Source: Amphiscolops sp. MND2022
Lineage: Eukaryota
Reading direction: 5' to 3'
DNA length: 64,000 nucleotides
Assembly (NCBI GenBank): GCA_964187785.1
Contig: OZ076409.1
Location: 63,862,001-63,926,000, forward strand
Shown: positions 49,100-62,293 of the stretch, piece by piece
Layout of the letters: each line of letters starts with the position of its first letter
Position numbering within the stretch: the first letter of the stretch is position 1
Translations under genes and position numbers: made by a program
The notes under the pieces: model-generated
Told to the model about the DNA's origin: nothing
Database searches by the model: none
The model's input: only the letters and a program-made list of their open reading frames with translations

Positions 49100-49700
49100 A
49101 ACATTGCCCCTATGGGCATAATTCATATTACCTACATTCGCTTGAGATTACTGACGCAAATGCACACAAAAATTCAAAACTACATTCCAGAGGCAATGAA
49201 GCAGAAAGTACATTCAGTTATCCCAAAACAACAAGGATCAACAAGGATGAAGTTTTCGGTCAAAGGTTGTTACTATTATGGTGACCTTTAGGACAAACGA
49301 TACACCCTCGGATACATAAAACTTGTGTTGAAAATTAAAGACGAAATGCGAACCCACGCCTAGCGAACAAACTAATGAATTTCATGGTTAAATTTAGGAA
49401 TAACTCAGAACGTCCCTAATAGTGCTATCCAGTGACTCAAAAAGTACTCAACAATATTTGCCACGATGGCAAAAATCCCACGCGAGCGCATGTTCTGGAG
49501 AAATTACAATACTTAATTCCAGTTATCCCAATTAAACCATAAAGCTGATTACCGAGTACAGTACAGACCGAACATGCTTTAACCACTACACCATGCTCTC
49601 CCACAAAAGGGTAGTATGGAGAAAACGGACTTAGCACACAGTGAACACAAAATTTATTTAACCGCCTGGGTTATGACCGAGTCGACAACTTCTCAATTGG
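49100..49700 (+). pseudogene. Possible very decayed retroelement integrase fragment
   Basis: Only weak H..H and TTP.SP..G-like remnants. Confidence 0.25.
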
Positions 49701-50275
49701 CTAGCGAAAACTGAATAATATCAAGTTAATGAGATTCTGATCCGTTTTTTATGTGTCCTAAAACTAGTTCAATATAAAAAATATTTTTTACTCCAATCTT
49801 TGACCTTGCGAATGTTTAGAATATCAATGTTGCTCAATTTTCTATTATAATTTTGATTCTTGATGTAGTTTCATTTTGTTTTTCAATTGATTTTTTTTCA
49901 GCTGTTTTAGAGAAAAGGTTTGAGAGAGAAACGGTTTTGAGAGAGATAAGGTCCTTTTCCTGTGAAAAGCTAAGATTGAATGAGATTATCGAAATTGTAT
50001 CATTTATCGCTTCCATGATGTTTTCTGATTAACAGGAAACCGACATTTTTTTTACAATATTTCGAACGACGCACAATTTGTGAGAGTTTTGCAAAATGTA
50101 TGCATTTTTTGTACCATTCAAGGCTGAAACTTGCAAATCTTACAACAATCTTATGAGTTGGTGTCAAATAATGCATTTTTTTAAACAAAAATATTTGTAT
50201 TTTATAAAAAATGCGAATTTTTCAACTAGGGATACCACTAAGCTGGGGATGAAGGACTACCTCAAGGCCCAACAA

Positions 50276-50341
50276 TGGCTGAGCAAGATTCGAACCTGAT
50301 CTCGCCCCAGTAGAGGCCCAAAACTATAACCACTACATCAT
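50276..50341 (-). repeat. tRNA-derived segment
   Basis: TGATGTAGTGG ... GGTTCGAATC. Confidence 0.5.
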
Positions 50342-51266
50342 GTTCCCTTCAACGGTGGTACATTGCCACGTTCATCATCATGTAGACAGCATGGAAAAAA
50401 GTGTGTTGATAAAGTACAAAACTAGATTATTTTCTACTGAAAGACGTAGCAGTGCAGCACCGAATGGTAGTTGTTACTGTTAGTTTCATCAAAATGAAAT
50501 ACAGCATCAGGTTCATGGGTTATACAATATTGGTCGACTAGGACTACTTTCTAGGCTCACCCAAGGTCGACGACAACCCATGACGTCATTGACAGGGGTG
50601 GGCGGGGTATTGCCGTTAAGTACGTACGAAGAGTACAAAGAGTATTCAAAATTGCGTATAGCAGCTGTCATTGTTACTGTATTCTGTATTCTACATACTG
50701 AGCAGCTCGTCAATAACGTCTCTGTTCACTCTATGTAAACATTCAATCAATCAAACCCTGCAGGCCCTAATTTGAAAATAATTCAAGCCCTAATTATCTA
50801 AACTTGCTATCAAATTAATTAAAACGTCAACATTAGTAATCTCTGTCATGATCAACTGTTGATGAACGTTTTCTAGAGTGAACAGTTGATAAGATGGAAA
50901 ATTTTTATTACAACTAAGAGTGAGGAGAATTTCAGTGTACAATTTTATATTATTTACAGTTTAAGTAAGTACATTTCGGGCTGAGTAAACAGGTGTGAAA
51001 GTGTGGCCGGATATGTCCCTTCCGCTCAACAGATAGAGCAAATGAGGCACGAACTGTGGCTTATAGAGGTCAAGTTTCAGAATTCATTAGAACGAAGTTC
51101 CCAAAATGACAAAAAAACTTAGAGAACTTCTTGCAAATTGATAGCAATATTTGAAACTAGGTTCATTTTTACCGAAAATCATTTCAAAACGGAGGCCATC
51201 TCGAATAAACAGGCTGTATTCCGCCTTTACAATTTACAACGAATTCAATTGAAACGGCTGGGTTTG

Positions 51267-51795
51267 AAACCAGAGCCGCATATGCGGTAAAGGAGTCGGC
51301 TTAAGTCTTTTTCCTTCTGACTCGCTTTCGTTCGAATCGTATGGACAGTTGTTGAGAAAATCGAAAAAAAATCGAAAAATGACTGTTTTTTGGCCATTTT
51401 TGGGCTAATTTTGGCTATGTTTCTCACATCCCAGCCATACGATTTTGATGCCATTGCACATATAGGACTCTAATATGGTGTAGAATAACTGTAGAAAATT
51501 TCGTTCGAATCGTATGGACAGTTTTTCAGAAAATCGAAAAAAAAAATCGAAAAATGACTGTTTTTTGGCCATTTTTGGGCTAATTTTGGCTATGTTTCTC
51601 ACATCCCAGCCATACGATTTTGATGCCTTTGCACACGCAGGGGCCCCTTTGGGTGTAGAATGACTGTGCAAAATTTGGTGAGAATCGTATGGACAGTTTT
51701 TGAGAAATTTGAAATTTTCATGAAAAGGTCGGGAGAAAAAAAAACAAAAAAAACAGCACGATTGCATAAGTAGTCGAAAATTTTTTCCGACTCCT
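51267..51795. mobile_element. Family B element with ~2 internal 172-bp units
   Basis: Hairpin CCGCATATGCGG; subTIR AGGAGTCGG/CCGACTCCT. Confidence 0.8.
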
Positions 51796-51912
51796 AAAAA
51801 AAGTAGAGCCCGAAATGAGTTAATAACAGGTTATTATTATTAATTGAGCGGGTGGGGTTTGCACAAGAGGGGTCGAAATCAAACGACTACGAACAAGGAT
51901 AAAAAGTAAAGG

Positions 51913-52708
51913 TCACCAGTAGGGGTGCAACTCGTCGTCTAAGGTGTTAGCTCTCCAGAACGAAAAAAGTGGCGAGTAGAGACCTCCCGGATGTCTCACT
52001 TGATTGACTTCATCCAAATTGGACACAATCGAGTAGTTATACCCATCATTGTTGTCCCAGTGTTCTCTGCCGTTCTCCAAGAAACAGCAACAGAATTGGA
52101 TTTTGTGGTAAGTATGCCACGAAGACGGTATCAACACCTCAAACTTGAAAGTGTCGTACATTGTTTTCACAGTGAGTCCATTGTCAACGTAGAGACACTG
52201 AATGTCGGAAGAACTTTCCCATGAATTGAAGGTTATTCTGAGAAAAACTTTCTTTTCGAATGCACAGTTTTTAACTTTCACTGTACCACAGAACTGTCGG
52301 GGACCTTGGAAATGAACATTTTCCAGACTCACAAAACGTTTCTCCAACGTCTGTCGGAACTGCAGGTAGTTGGCGGCAGGTTGGGTAAACGCAAATCGAA
52401 AAATAGGTTGTGAAGAATCATCTGAAATGTCATCTTTCGATAAATCTCGTTCTGCTTTCTCGAACTGCTGAATCTTCTCCATCAGTTCTTCACTTTCATT
52501 GAACTCTTTGATTTTGGTTAAAGGTTGACCTACAGAGTCCAAAAACCTGACACTTTTTCTCTTTTTTGATTTCTGTTCTGATATCTTCAAGGGTACAGTG
52601 GGTTTCAAGATTCCGATTTTATTTAGCGTTGTTTCTTCATGTGACTTCGAAGTACCTGAGCGGTCGAAAACTTGTGAAAGAAGTCGCGTGTCCTTCATTT
52701 CAAGAACA
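51913..52708 (-). CDS. PPP1R3: Protein phosphatase 1 glycogen-targeting regulatory subunit (PPP1R3B/C-like), terminal exon with RVxF and CBM21
   Basis: GILK, KSVRF (RVxF), FTQPAANY, VSLENV, GTVKVKNCAFEKKVFLRITFNSW, WDNNDGYNY and a terminal PYW. Confidence 0.93.
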
Positions 52709-54010
52709 CTAAAACAATTCAAATAAAATTCAACGAGCCAACATTGATGAAAATCGGGTGTTACCGAACTTGAATGGTAAACATAGAAAAAAGCTGGGCA
52801 TTGCAAAGTTCAGTTCGCGTTGGAAAACTCAGTGACGACATCTATGATCGTAGTCTAAGTACATCCAATGAAAAGCGCACATCATAGAGAATTTCAGATC
52901 TATTTAGGAGCAACCAACAACCTTGAGCTGTTATCACGGAAAACTGTGCAAAAATATAGGTTTCCATCCAAAAATTTCTGTTTAGCAAACCAGAAGGAAT
53001 GAAACAAATGACGAAACTAGTTGTTGGCTTTCACTTCAGTTGCAGCCAGCCCATTTCAGTTTGAAATATTTCAAGTTTTAAAGCTTTCCGGTGCATTCAT
53101 GAAAAAATGTCCACAGATGATAAACTATCGTATTCGATCAGAACAAAAACAACGAAAACATGTAAAATCAAAACATTTTGCACCGAAGTATAATACTAAG
53201 CATGTTAGCACCTGATGTTACACGGCCCGCTTAACAACACATTCAACAGGAAAATGGTTTCATGCTCACTTTGCATGTGAAAGTCTCTCTTCTAAACACA
53301 GCATGAAAAAAGTGCATTCATTACACAACTCACTTCAAATTTACACGCTTAGTCTTTTTATATGCACTTTATGATGTTATACGTCTCGACTGTTTCAGCT
53401 TTTTGCGTCTACATATATAGGTACTAAAACCAGTTCACTTACAGCTAGTCTTGAAGATATGATGACAAACCTCTAGACATTTTGCGAAGAAGCTTTGATA
53501 TCCAAAATTTCATCAACTTTCAATACTAGAGTTAAGTGATCAAATGAATTTTGGAAAGCTTCTTGCAATTTTTCTCTGTGTTGTTCTTAAAACAGAAAAG
53601 ACTACCGAAAGGTAGTAGTTGAGCAGTTCCATTGGGTCCATAAAAATAAAAACGAAAAGGTATTTTTTGGCAATTTCTTAGATCAGATCAGTCAAGTTAG
53701 GCGCTACACCAGTAAATGGTACGTCACTTCACTTTGTGCCTACATTCAGTGCACTGCCGGCATATGAGAGTGACTAATCACGTTTTTTAAACGAAAATAT
53801 TAGCGTAAGCGGGAAGGTTATCATCACTCAGTCGTGTCACTCACTAAAATTTTGCAACTTCATTCCTTAACCCTAATTAGCATCGATGCTTCTGAGCAGC
53901 TTATCTTTTTCAACTTCTGAATCGTTTTACCAGTAGCCCCTACTCTTTAGTAGAACTTTTGTTTCACAATTTGCCGGTACCGTGTTGGATATGAACGGCA
54001 CAAGGATAAG

Positions 54011-54821
54011 AAACCAGAGCCGCATGTGCGGTAAAGGAGTCGGCTTAGGTATTTTTTTCTGAAGTCGAAAAATGGCCCTTTTTTTGACCATTTTTGGGCT
54101 AATTTTGGCTATGTTTCTCACATCCCAGCCATACGATTTTGATGCCATTGCACATATAGGACTCTAATATGGTGTAGAATATTTGTAGAAAATTTCGTTC
54201 GAATCGTATGGACAGTTTTTGAGAAAATCGAAAAAAGTCGAAAAATGGCTGTTTTTTGGCCATTTTTGGGCTAATTTTGGCTATGTTTCTCACATCCCAG
54301 CCATACGATTTTGATGCCATTGCACATATAGGACTCTAATATGGTGTAGAATATCTGTAGAAAATTTCGTTCGAATCGTATGGACAGTTTTTGAGAAAAT
54401 CGAAAAAAGTCGAAAAATGGCTGTTTTTTGGCCAATTTTGGGCTAATTTTGGCTATGTTTCTCACATCCCAGCCATACGATTTTGATGCCATTGCACAAA
54501 TAGGACTCTAATATGGTGTAGAACAACTGTAGAAAATTTCGTTCGAATCGTATGGACAGTTTTTGAGAAAATTGAAAAAAGTCGAAAAATGGCTGTTTTT
54601 TGGCCATTTTTGGGCTAATTTTGGCTATGTTTCTCACATCTCAGCCATACGATTTTGATGCCTTTGCACACGCAGGAGCCCCTTTGGGTGTAGAATGACT
54701 GTGCAAAATTTCGTGAAAATCGTATGGACAGTTTTTGAGAAATTTGAAATTTTCATGAAAAGGTCGGGAGAAAAAAAAACAACACGATTGCATAAGTAGT
54801 CGAAAATTTTTTCCGACTTCT
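54011..54821. mobile_element. Family B element with ~4 tandem 172-bp units
   Basis: Period of 172 bp (ORF ends at 54099, 54271 and 54443); same termini as the 51267 copy. Confidence 0.85.
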
Positions 54822-55091
54822 AAAAAGAATTTTTCTACGACGTTGAGAAATGTTGGTTTCTCTAGCGAAAAACGATTTTTTTCCAAAACGTACTTTTTGG
54901 CAAAATCCAATTTTCTCAAATGACAGTGACCCATATAAAACGGCAACCCTATACCCTTACGTCACAAAACCACAAGACATGCTGTTGTTACTACAAGTCC
55001 CCGCGTAGAAATAAAAGTTCCTGGGAGGGTTTTCTTACACAGGAGTGAGCGATAAAATTTGAGGTGTCTTTCATTCGGGGGATACCTTATG

Positions 55092-55745
55092 AAACAAGAC
55101 GGGACCGTCTAAAGCCAGCGTTTTGCTTAAGGCTCAAAAATCGCAAAGTTTCTGAATTATTCTTCGGTGGCTTTCAAAAAAGTTCCGTAAAATCTTAGAC
55201 CGGAGAATATCAGAAGCCCATCTAGCTCGAAAAATGCTTTTTCAATTTTGAAACGTTAAAAATTTGAAAATGATAAAAATTCGAAAAAAAAATTACAGTG
55301 CCGGAAAACCTAAACACAGAGGCGAAGCGGTGCTTCGCAACACATGACGAAGACATCTATTATTTTAATATGCGTATATATTATTTTAATCGCATGCGTA
55401 TATATTCAACAGTTCAACTTTGTTCAATAACGTCCCTATGGCACAGTGGTCAACACTTATGCCGTGCAATCGGCAGGCTGCAGGTTCGAATCTCTCTGGG
55501 GTTTTGGCTTTTATCTAAAAGGCGCTCATTATGAAGTTGACTATTGTGGAAAAAAAAACTTACTTAGCTGGACTGCAATGCACATTGACTTCGTCATGTG
55601 CAAAAAAACTCAAGGTCAGCGTTGCCACACATTGACCACTAGACCAAGTGGCGGACCAAACACGCGGCGTGAACAAAGTTGAGATACATTCTGTGGTCTG
55701 ACGAAAAAAGTCACTGTAATAATTCCTTTGTAAATAGCGCACTCA
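55092..55745. mobile_element. Family A element with internal tRNA-like segment (55437-55503)
   Basis: AAACAAGACGGGACCG start; TGGCACAGTGG..GGTTCGAATC inside. Confidence 0.6.
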
Positions 55746-56295
55746 AAAATAGTTTTCCATCGGATTTCTTGCAATTCGAAGCTTGTACTCAATTTTTCTT
55801 TTATGCAGATCGTAACCTTGAATAAATCTAAATGTACAAGATGATGACCCGGACATTCCCGTTTCAGACAATCTCCCATTTCAACACGCGCTTTCGTGTT
55901 CCATTCTCTTTTTCGTAAGGACTACCGATTTAAAAGCAGATGACTCTCAACATTGGAAAGTCATGAGGTCAAGAATAAACCACAAGTGTATCGTTTCTCT
56001 CTCGATCCATTTCATTTTTAGTTCACATGTCTCGTCCTACTTATTTCATTAGAGAAACGGCTACTTTTGACAGGCTAGCGGCCTAATTATTTACCATGAT
56101 ACGGATATATCAACTACCTAGAGCGGATCGAAATGACAACGTTACATCCGAACTTTCTAATCGGACATTATACATTCCCAAGAAATGACCATGGCATTTT
56201 CTACTGACATAATAAGCGGCTTGAATTTATAAACAGTTATACCCGGCTTACACCATCTCTGAATGCCAAGTAGAGAAAGAAAACATTTGACTCAC

Positions 56296-56572
56296 TCGTT
56301 GTCCGACTGGTCATCTATCAATAAGTCCGTGTTTTCTGTCAGAGTCTCAGTCGAATAAGAGTTCTGAGAGAGAGCAGAAACAGACACTTTGGAGAGAGTT
56401 TCGCTAATTTCTTCCACATTAGGACTTGTGACTTTGGGTGAGTCGGCATCTGAGATGGGCGTTGAAGCAACTTTAGTTAAGGTGACAGCGGCAGTAGTTG
56501 AATTGTGGTCATTGTTGTAGTTAATGTGAGGTGAGTTCGAATTGAAAATTAGGTCATCGTTTAAAACAACAC
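56296..56572 (-). CDS. Inferred exon 4 of the PPP1R3-like gene (Ser/Thr-rich)
   Basis: TTTTTCAG acceptor, GTGAGT donor, open frame; its phase 2 end matches the acceptor at 52708. Confidence 0.7.
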
Positions 56573-56867
56573 CTGAAAAAAGTAAAGCCGAAAATAGTTC
56601 CCACTTTTAATAAATGGTTGCATAGTGGAGGCTTTTCTAAGTCCCAATTTATCGAACCTTTTACAGCCAGACAAACAGTTTTTGAAATGAATCAAGGTAT
56701 CACATAACAGAAAGGTGAAAAATTGGAAAACATTTCAGACAAATCAATCCATTCTTGATTTCAGTTTTTGAGCCAGAAGCTTCAAGTTTTGAGTAGGACT
56801 AAAAATGACTCAGGTAACGTACTAAACTACATGCAATACAGTAATAGTAGTATGGTGTAATACTAGC

Positions 56868-57070
56868 CTGGAGAAGCATGTACAGTAGAGCTCCAGTAAT
56901 GGTCCGAGTTTAGAGTCAGCATTGAGTCGACAGACCCATTGGGTGATGCCACTAGTGTAGATATTTCTTCGCTAGATGGCGTCAGAGTGTCCAAAGGGGG
57001 CTCTGGATTCACCCACATGGTACTGGCCGATACTCGCATCTCGCTGTTTATTATAGCTGCAGGCCAATAC
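56868..57070 (-). CDS. Inferred exon 3 of the PPP1R3-like gene (GC donor)
   Basis: TTCAG acceptor and CAG|GCTAGT donor; phases 2 and 1 are consistent with its neighbours. Confidence 0.55.
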
Positions 57071-57205
57071 CTGAACAACATTGTTCAGTTAAGTTCCATG
57101 ACTTAGGTTAAGAACATATGCAAACACGATCACTATAAAAGAACAATACTTTGATTGAAAAGATTCCATGATCCAGCAAACAGACATCTACTCAAAAATA
57201 TCTTT

Positions 57206-57635
57206 AAACAAGATGAGAACGTCTCAAGTCGGCGCCCTGCTCAAGCTTCAAAAAACGTAAAGTCTCAAATATGCTCACAGAAAGCTTCCCGAAATGTCGC
57301 AGAGCGCCGGTTAGCTTAAAAGAGAGGACCCCTTAGACCTATTAAACAAGTTTCTCGAATTTAAGAGTGTGAAAACCGAAGGGAAAACTTCATCGCGAAG
57401 CCAGTCTAAAACTAGGCCCATTAGGACTTTCTAGATAACTAGAAACATCAACAAGTCTATGAAGTAGTATAAACACCCACTGAGGTTTTTCGGAACAGCG
57501 CCTTTTAGACTGGCTTCACGATGAAGTCACTGAAAATTGGAAAGAGTGGACAATTCAGTTCAGTAAAACCAAAAAAGTTGCCTCTGTAAGAGTCGAGCAT
57601 TTTTGTATTTCAAAATAAGGAGCGACCGGCCTAAA
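57206..57635. mobile_element. Family A diverged copy carrying a MITE
   Basis: AAACAAGATGAGAACGTCTCAAGTCGGCGC start. Confidence 0.55.
57387..57527. mobile_element. 141-bp MITE-like element
   Basis: 25-bp TIR ACTTCATCGCGAAGCCAGTCTAAAA (24/25 match); no clear TSD. Confidence 0.65.
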
Positions 57636-58554
57636 TTCTTGAGGCGTTAAGAACGTAATTATATTTTGGTCTTTCGGACATAAAACAGCCGTTTAAAATA
57701 CATCAAATGACCACCTAACGACATTTTGGCTAGTTTTTAGTCGGTCCTTTTTATATAATAAAAGAGCCCGACTATTAGTCAGTTTTTTTTAAAAATTTCC
57801 TTTGAGACAGACCCGAAAGCGACGAAAATTTTGTTCAGTTTGTTCAACTAAATGAATACCTCGGAAAAGCAACTAAGTTAGTGTAAAGTGTCCCCCGTTT
57901 CATTTTTCCTTTTTTAACATAAAATACAAAACCGAATGAAACTAAAGGGTCGTCCCTTTAGACTTTTTTCGGCACTTCGAAACTTTTTTTAATGTCCCAA
58001 AAGGGTTCCCCTTCAACTTCTTTCGATATTTTGCAGAAAAAATGGATGTTAAAAATACCCAAAGGCTCCTTTACATTTTTAGGCAATGAGGCTGTTCAAA
58101 TCTCACTTTTCGTCTGATATTAGGTTTTCTCAATATAAATCCAATGTTTTTCAATACTACCAGATTTTTGATGGAGGAGGCTCTGCAGCTTGCAGCGATT
58201 CGGCACTATCTCATCTTTCAGTTATAAAATTACAATTATAAAATTATAATAAAATTTATTATTCTTCTCAGTTAACTGTCCAGTAGCTACACAATCAAGT
58301 GTCTCTGATTTATAATGAGTTACTTACTGCACCATTACATTGAAGTCAATATTCTTTTGTTGGGAAGTTTCTCATTCATACGAAAAAAAAACAAATTTTC
58401 GAAAAAAGTCTCACAATGCCGAAAGGGGTTGAGTTTTATGAAGTTTGCTTTTAATCAAGAAGTATTGTTTTGGAATCATGCTGAACAATTTCCAGGAACC
58501 TTTTTGTTGGGTCTAGATACTTCACTCTATTATGTTTATACAGCATATTAGTTT

Positions 58555-59333
58555 AAATAAGCCGGGACCGGCCCAAGTCGGCGCCATATCCAAGGCTCAA
58601 AAATAGCAAAAGGACTTCCAAATGTCAATCTCGAAAATCGAAAAACCAAAAAAATGGACCGAGTGGTGCGCCGGGGCCCGCTAACGCGAGCTCCTGGCGC
58701 GCTAAAAGGGGGGGGGCACTTCTGAAATTGTCAACATTTTTGTCGCAGTTGAAGGGGGGACCCTTTGGCGAAAAATTTCGAAAAAAAGTCTCACAATGCC
58801 GAAAAACAGAAAGGGGGGACACTTTGGGATTTTTAAACACCCATTCTGCTGTAAAATATCAAAGAAATTGAATGGGGACCCTTTGGAGAAAAAAAATTAG
58901 AAGAAAGTCTCCCAATGCCGAAAAACTGAAAGGGGACCCTTTGAGGTTTTTCAACCTCCATTCTGTGGCAAACTATCAAAAATTGAAGGGGGGAAAATTT
59001 TTGTTTTCGGAAAAAAATCTCACAATGCCGAAAAAATTGAAAGGGGGACCCTTTGGGATTTTCAACATCCATTCGGTCGCAAAACAGCAAAGGGGGGACC
59101 CTTTGGGGAAATTTTTTTTCCGAAAAAAGTCTCGCAGTGCCGAAAAAAAATGAAAGGGGGGACCCTTTGGTCTCGCCTGGTATGGTATGTTACGCGGGAA
59201 AACCTTTTTGGTTCAGTTCACTAAGCCAAATGGTGCAATTTGGTGCAATAATATTTTGTAGAACTTCTAAGAACTATTTTGGCCAGTTTGTGTGGACTGA
59301 AAAAAAGTCACTATAATAGTCGCGTTTCACTTC
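58555..59333. mobile_element. Family A element with internal tandem subrepeats
   Basis: GCCCAAGTCGGCGCCATATC start; repeated CTCACAATGCCGAAAAA..GGGGACCCTTTG units. Confidence 0.75.
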
Positions 59334-60260
59334 AATTAATTTTGTAATAAATGATACCACCGGGCTCAGAATTTTTCCGACTGTAGTTTATTTTCAAATT
59401 TTCTGTTTGTTAATGCCTTTCATTGTTCAATCGAGTCTATGCAGTTTTGTAATAAATGAATAAACGTAATAAATGAATTGTTTTTTCAGTGATGACTTCA
59501 GTGTAGTGAGATTGTCTGCAATCGGTTTGGCGATTATGCCCAAGTCTTTGCGATAGGTGTTGCCTGGTTGGGATTGAATCAATTCCAGGGTATGCACTGA
59601 CCTGATGTTGGCTTCTACTTTCTACTCTCGTGTTGTAATATGGTAGCTCACTCACAGTTGGCGGTATACAGAATAATTTGGCCATTTCATCAGGGAGTTT
59701 CACATCTGAAGAGGTGAAACATTCATGCAAATTGTCAGGTCTGATCGAATTGATACTGGGTCCGATGAGCTGTTTTCCACATTTCGAACTGATCTTACAG
59801 ATTCTGCATCCCTCGATAGTTTTTGATTCCACCATTGTGACAATGTAAAATCTTGCGTAGAGACTCATTTTATCCTAGAGATAGATCTTGTTCACTTTTG
59901 TTTTCAGGACGGTGTGCGTGAGGAAGATTTGTTAGAAAGGATTTTATTGTTCTTCCCACAGTTAAAATTCCAGTAGCTAGTACAATCAAGTCTATGAGTG
60001 GTTCTTTGTTTCGTATACTCCTACAGGACCGCCTTCAAGAAAAATTTCAAGCCTGAATTTTTCTCGGGGAAAAAAACTCAACCAAAAGTGCATCTACAGA
60101 TCTGAAAATTAGTTCATGCCTATATACATCAGGGATTCTGAAATGGCAACTTCATGATGAGTATTTCCGCAGATTTCTTGGCAAGGTAAAAAAATCAAGA
60201 CCAGAATGCCTCAAAATGTCAAAAACGGAGCCGAGCCGTTTGCTCTTGTATTCCTAGAAT

Positions 60261-60779
60261 AAACAAGCCGGGAACGGCCCAAGTCGGCGCCATATCTAAG
60301 GATCAAAAATAACAAAAGGACTTCAAAGTGTCAAGTATTCTCTACTACAGTACCCGTTTGAGGAAAAATTGAAAAAAAAATCCGATTTTTTTGAATTTTT
60401 CAAATTTTTTTTGGTCTCCCGTAAGTCGCATAGTGCCGAAACATGTAAAATGGGGCCCTTTGGAAGTTTTTTAACATCCATTCTTTTGCAAAATAGACAA
60501 AAAAATGTAAGGTGGACCCTTTGAAGATATTTGCGAAAAAAGTCTCACAAAACCGAAAAAATTTGCACAAAAAAATTTTGGTCATGGCGGGACTCGAACC
60601 TGTCAGACCTCGAAAAAGCCGTAGTGGCCAAGTGGCAGTGAAGTAGTGTGACACAGTTTAGTGTTAGTGCCGGTTTAGTGCCAACTTATAAAATTTATAA
60701 AATCTGTCAGTTCGTTGGTCTTAAAAAAAGAAGTCACTACTATAGTCTGCGTTTTTCTTCGAAAAGCGCCGACTAAAAA
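60261..60779. mobile_element. Family A element
   Basis: AAACAAGCCGGGAACGGCCCAAGTCGGCGCC ... AAAAGCGCCGACTAAAA. Confidence 0.8.
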
Positions 60780-60964
60780 TGATGGAAATTCAAAGGAAAG
60801 GCCCTTTGGCCTTGGGGTAGTCTTTATTTTTCAGGCCAGAGGATAGTAAAAGGAAAACCATTCAGAATGAAAAATGATTTAAAACAGGCCTTGCAGGGCA
60901 CACGATTATTTCTGCTTTAACCTTTAATTAATGATAGAATCATTTGGAATACCAATGCACTCGT

Positions 60965-61705
60965 GTTTAATCATTATTTAGCGCACAATTAATCACTGTA
61001 CCAGTTCATACCGCCTTTAAATCTCGGACTAAAGCAAATATAACTACTATGCGTAAACGAAGTTTCGCATTCGCATTTGAATGCAGGCGAAGCTCTCGGT
61101 GAACGAATAATTAACACTCGTTCGCTTCATCTCAATAACTCGGCGTGCGAAGGCATAATTACGAACAATCGCTCGCTTCATCTCATGAATTCGGCGTGCG
61201 AATGCATAATTATCACTCGTTTGTTCCATCGCACGAGAAACGAATTGTTGTCGGCAGTTTGAGAAATTTAAATCTCACGCTTACACTCACTGCCGAACAA
61301 AATTTTTCAGCATCACTACAGAAATCTTACTGAAAAAAGTTGACATCTTGAGGTGTTAATAATATTCCTGCTATCGCAGAAATAATAATAACAGCATATC
61401 TGGAAAATAAACTTCTGTTTAATCATTATATAGCGCACAATAAATCGCTGTACCAGTTTACACCTTCTTTAATTCTCGGACTCAAGAAAATATAATTACT
61501 AAGGGTATACGAAGTTTCGCATTCGCATTTGAATGCAGGCGAAGCTCTCGGCGAGCGAATAATTACCACTCATTTGTTTCATCTCAATGAATTCGGTGTA
61601 CGAATGCATAATTAACACTCGCTCGCTTCATCGCCCGAGATTTGAATAAACTAACTGTTGTCGGCAGCTTGACTCTCACGCTTACACTCACTGCCAAACA
61701 AAATA
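60965..61705. repeat. Diverged ~450-bp tandem duplication with ~55-bp subrepeats
   Basis: TGTTTAATCATTAT..AGCGCACAAT and CGAAGTTTCGCATTCGCATTTGAATGCAGGCGAAGCTCTCGG each occur twice. Confidence 0.85.
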
Positions 61706-62054
61706 CCTGAAACTTTTTCAGTAGGTGCTCGCCTAACGAACAAACTCGGCTGAAAAAACTTCTCACGCAGAAATATTGAAAGGATGAACCTCTTTGGTTC
61801 ATCCTTTCATTTGAAAAACGAAAAAAAAAACAATAGAAAAGTTGCTGTTCAAAAGTGAAGCACGATGCTCCATGAAAATCAAAAAGAGGAATCAGCTTGT
61901 TCGAGGATGCCGGTGTTTTGTGGACAGAAAACGATTGGCCGTTCTCTCGATTGCATCTTCGAACCTCTGATTTCGAGCTCGTTGTTAATTTTCATGTTTT
62001 GAACGAAGAGAAAGTCTCAGTGAGTTACTCGGCTTCAAAAAAGTACCGATTTAC

Positions 62055-62293
62055 CTGATTGACATTCCATAGTCAAATGATGACACACTGCCGTTGCGCT
62101 CTCTAGAGTAGGTACTTTCGACACTACTGTTGTCTTTGTCTCTACTTTTCGACAGCTCAACTGAGGGTCGTGGCACCGAAGAATCACTGATTGAGGTGGT
62201 AGTAGTTTCAAGAGAGGATCCCAACACGTGTGTCGGCTCCCCGAAACAAAAGTTCTCTTCAGAAGACAGCACCGTATCCGAATGCCTTCTGGA
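62055..62293 (-). CDS. Inferred exon 2 of the PPP1R3-like gene
   Basis: TTTCAG acceptor, AG|GTAAAT donor, open Ser-rich frame, phases 0 and 2. Confidence 0.6.

Noticed and set aside
53927..54946. Repeated MASKSYGWDVRNIAK ORFs as a peptide gene family
   Set aside because: They are a by-product of the 172-bp tandem unit of family B.
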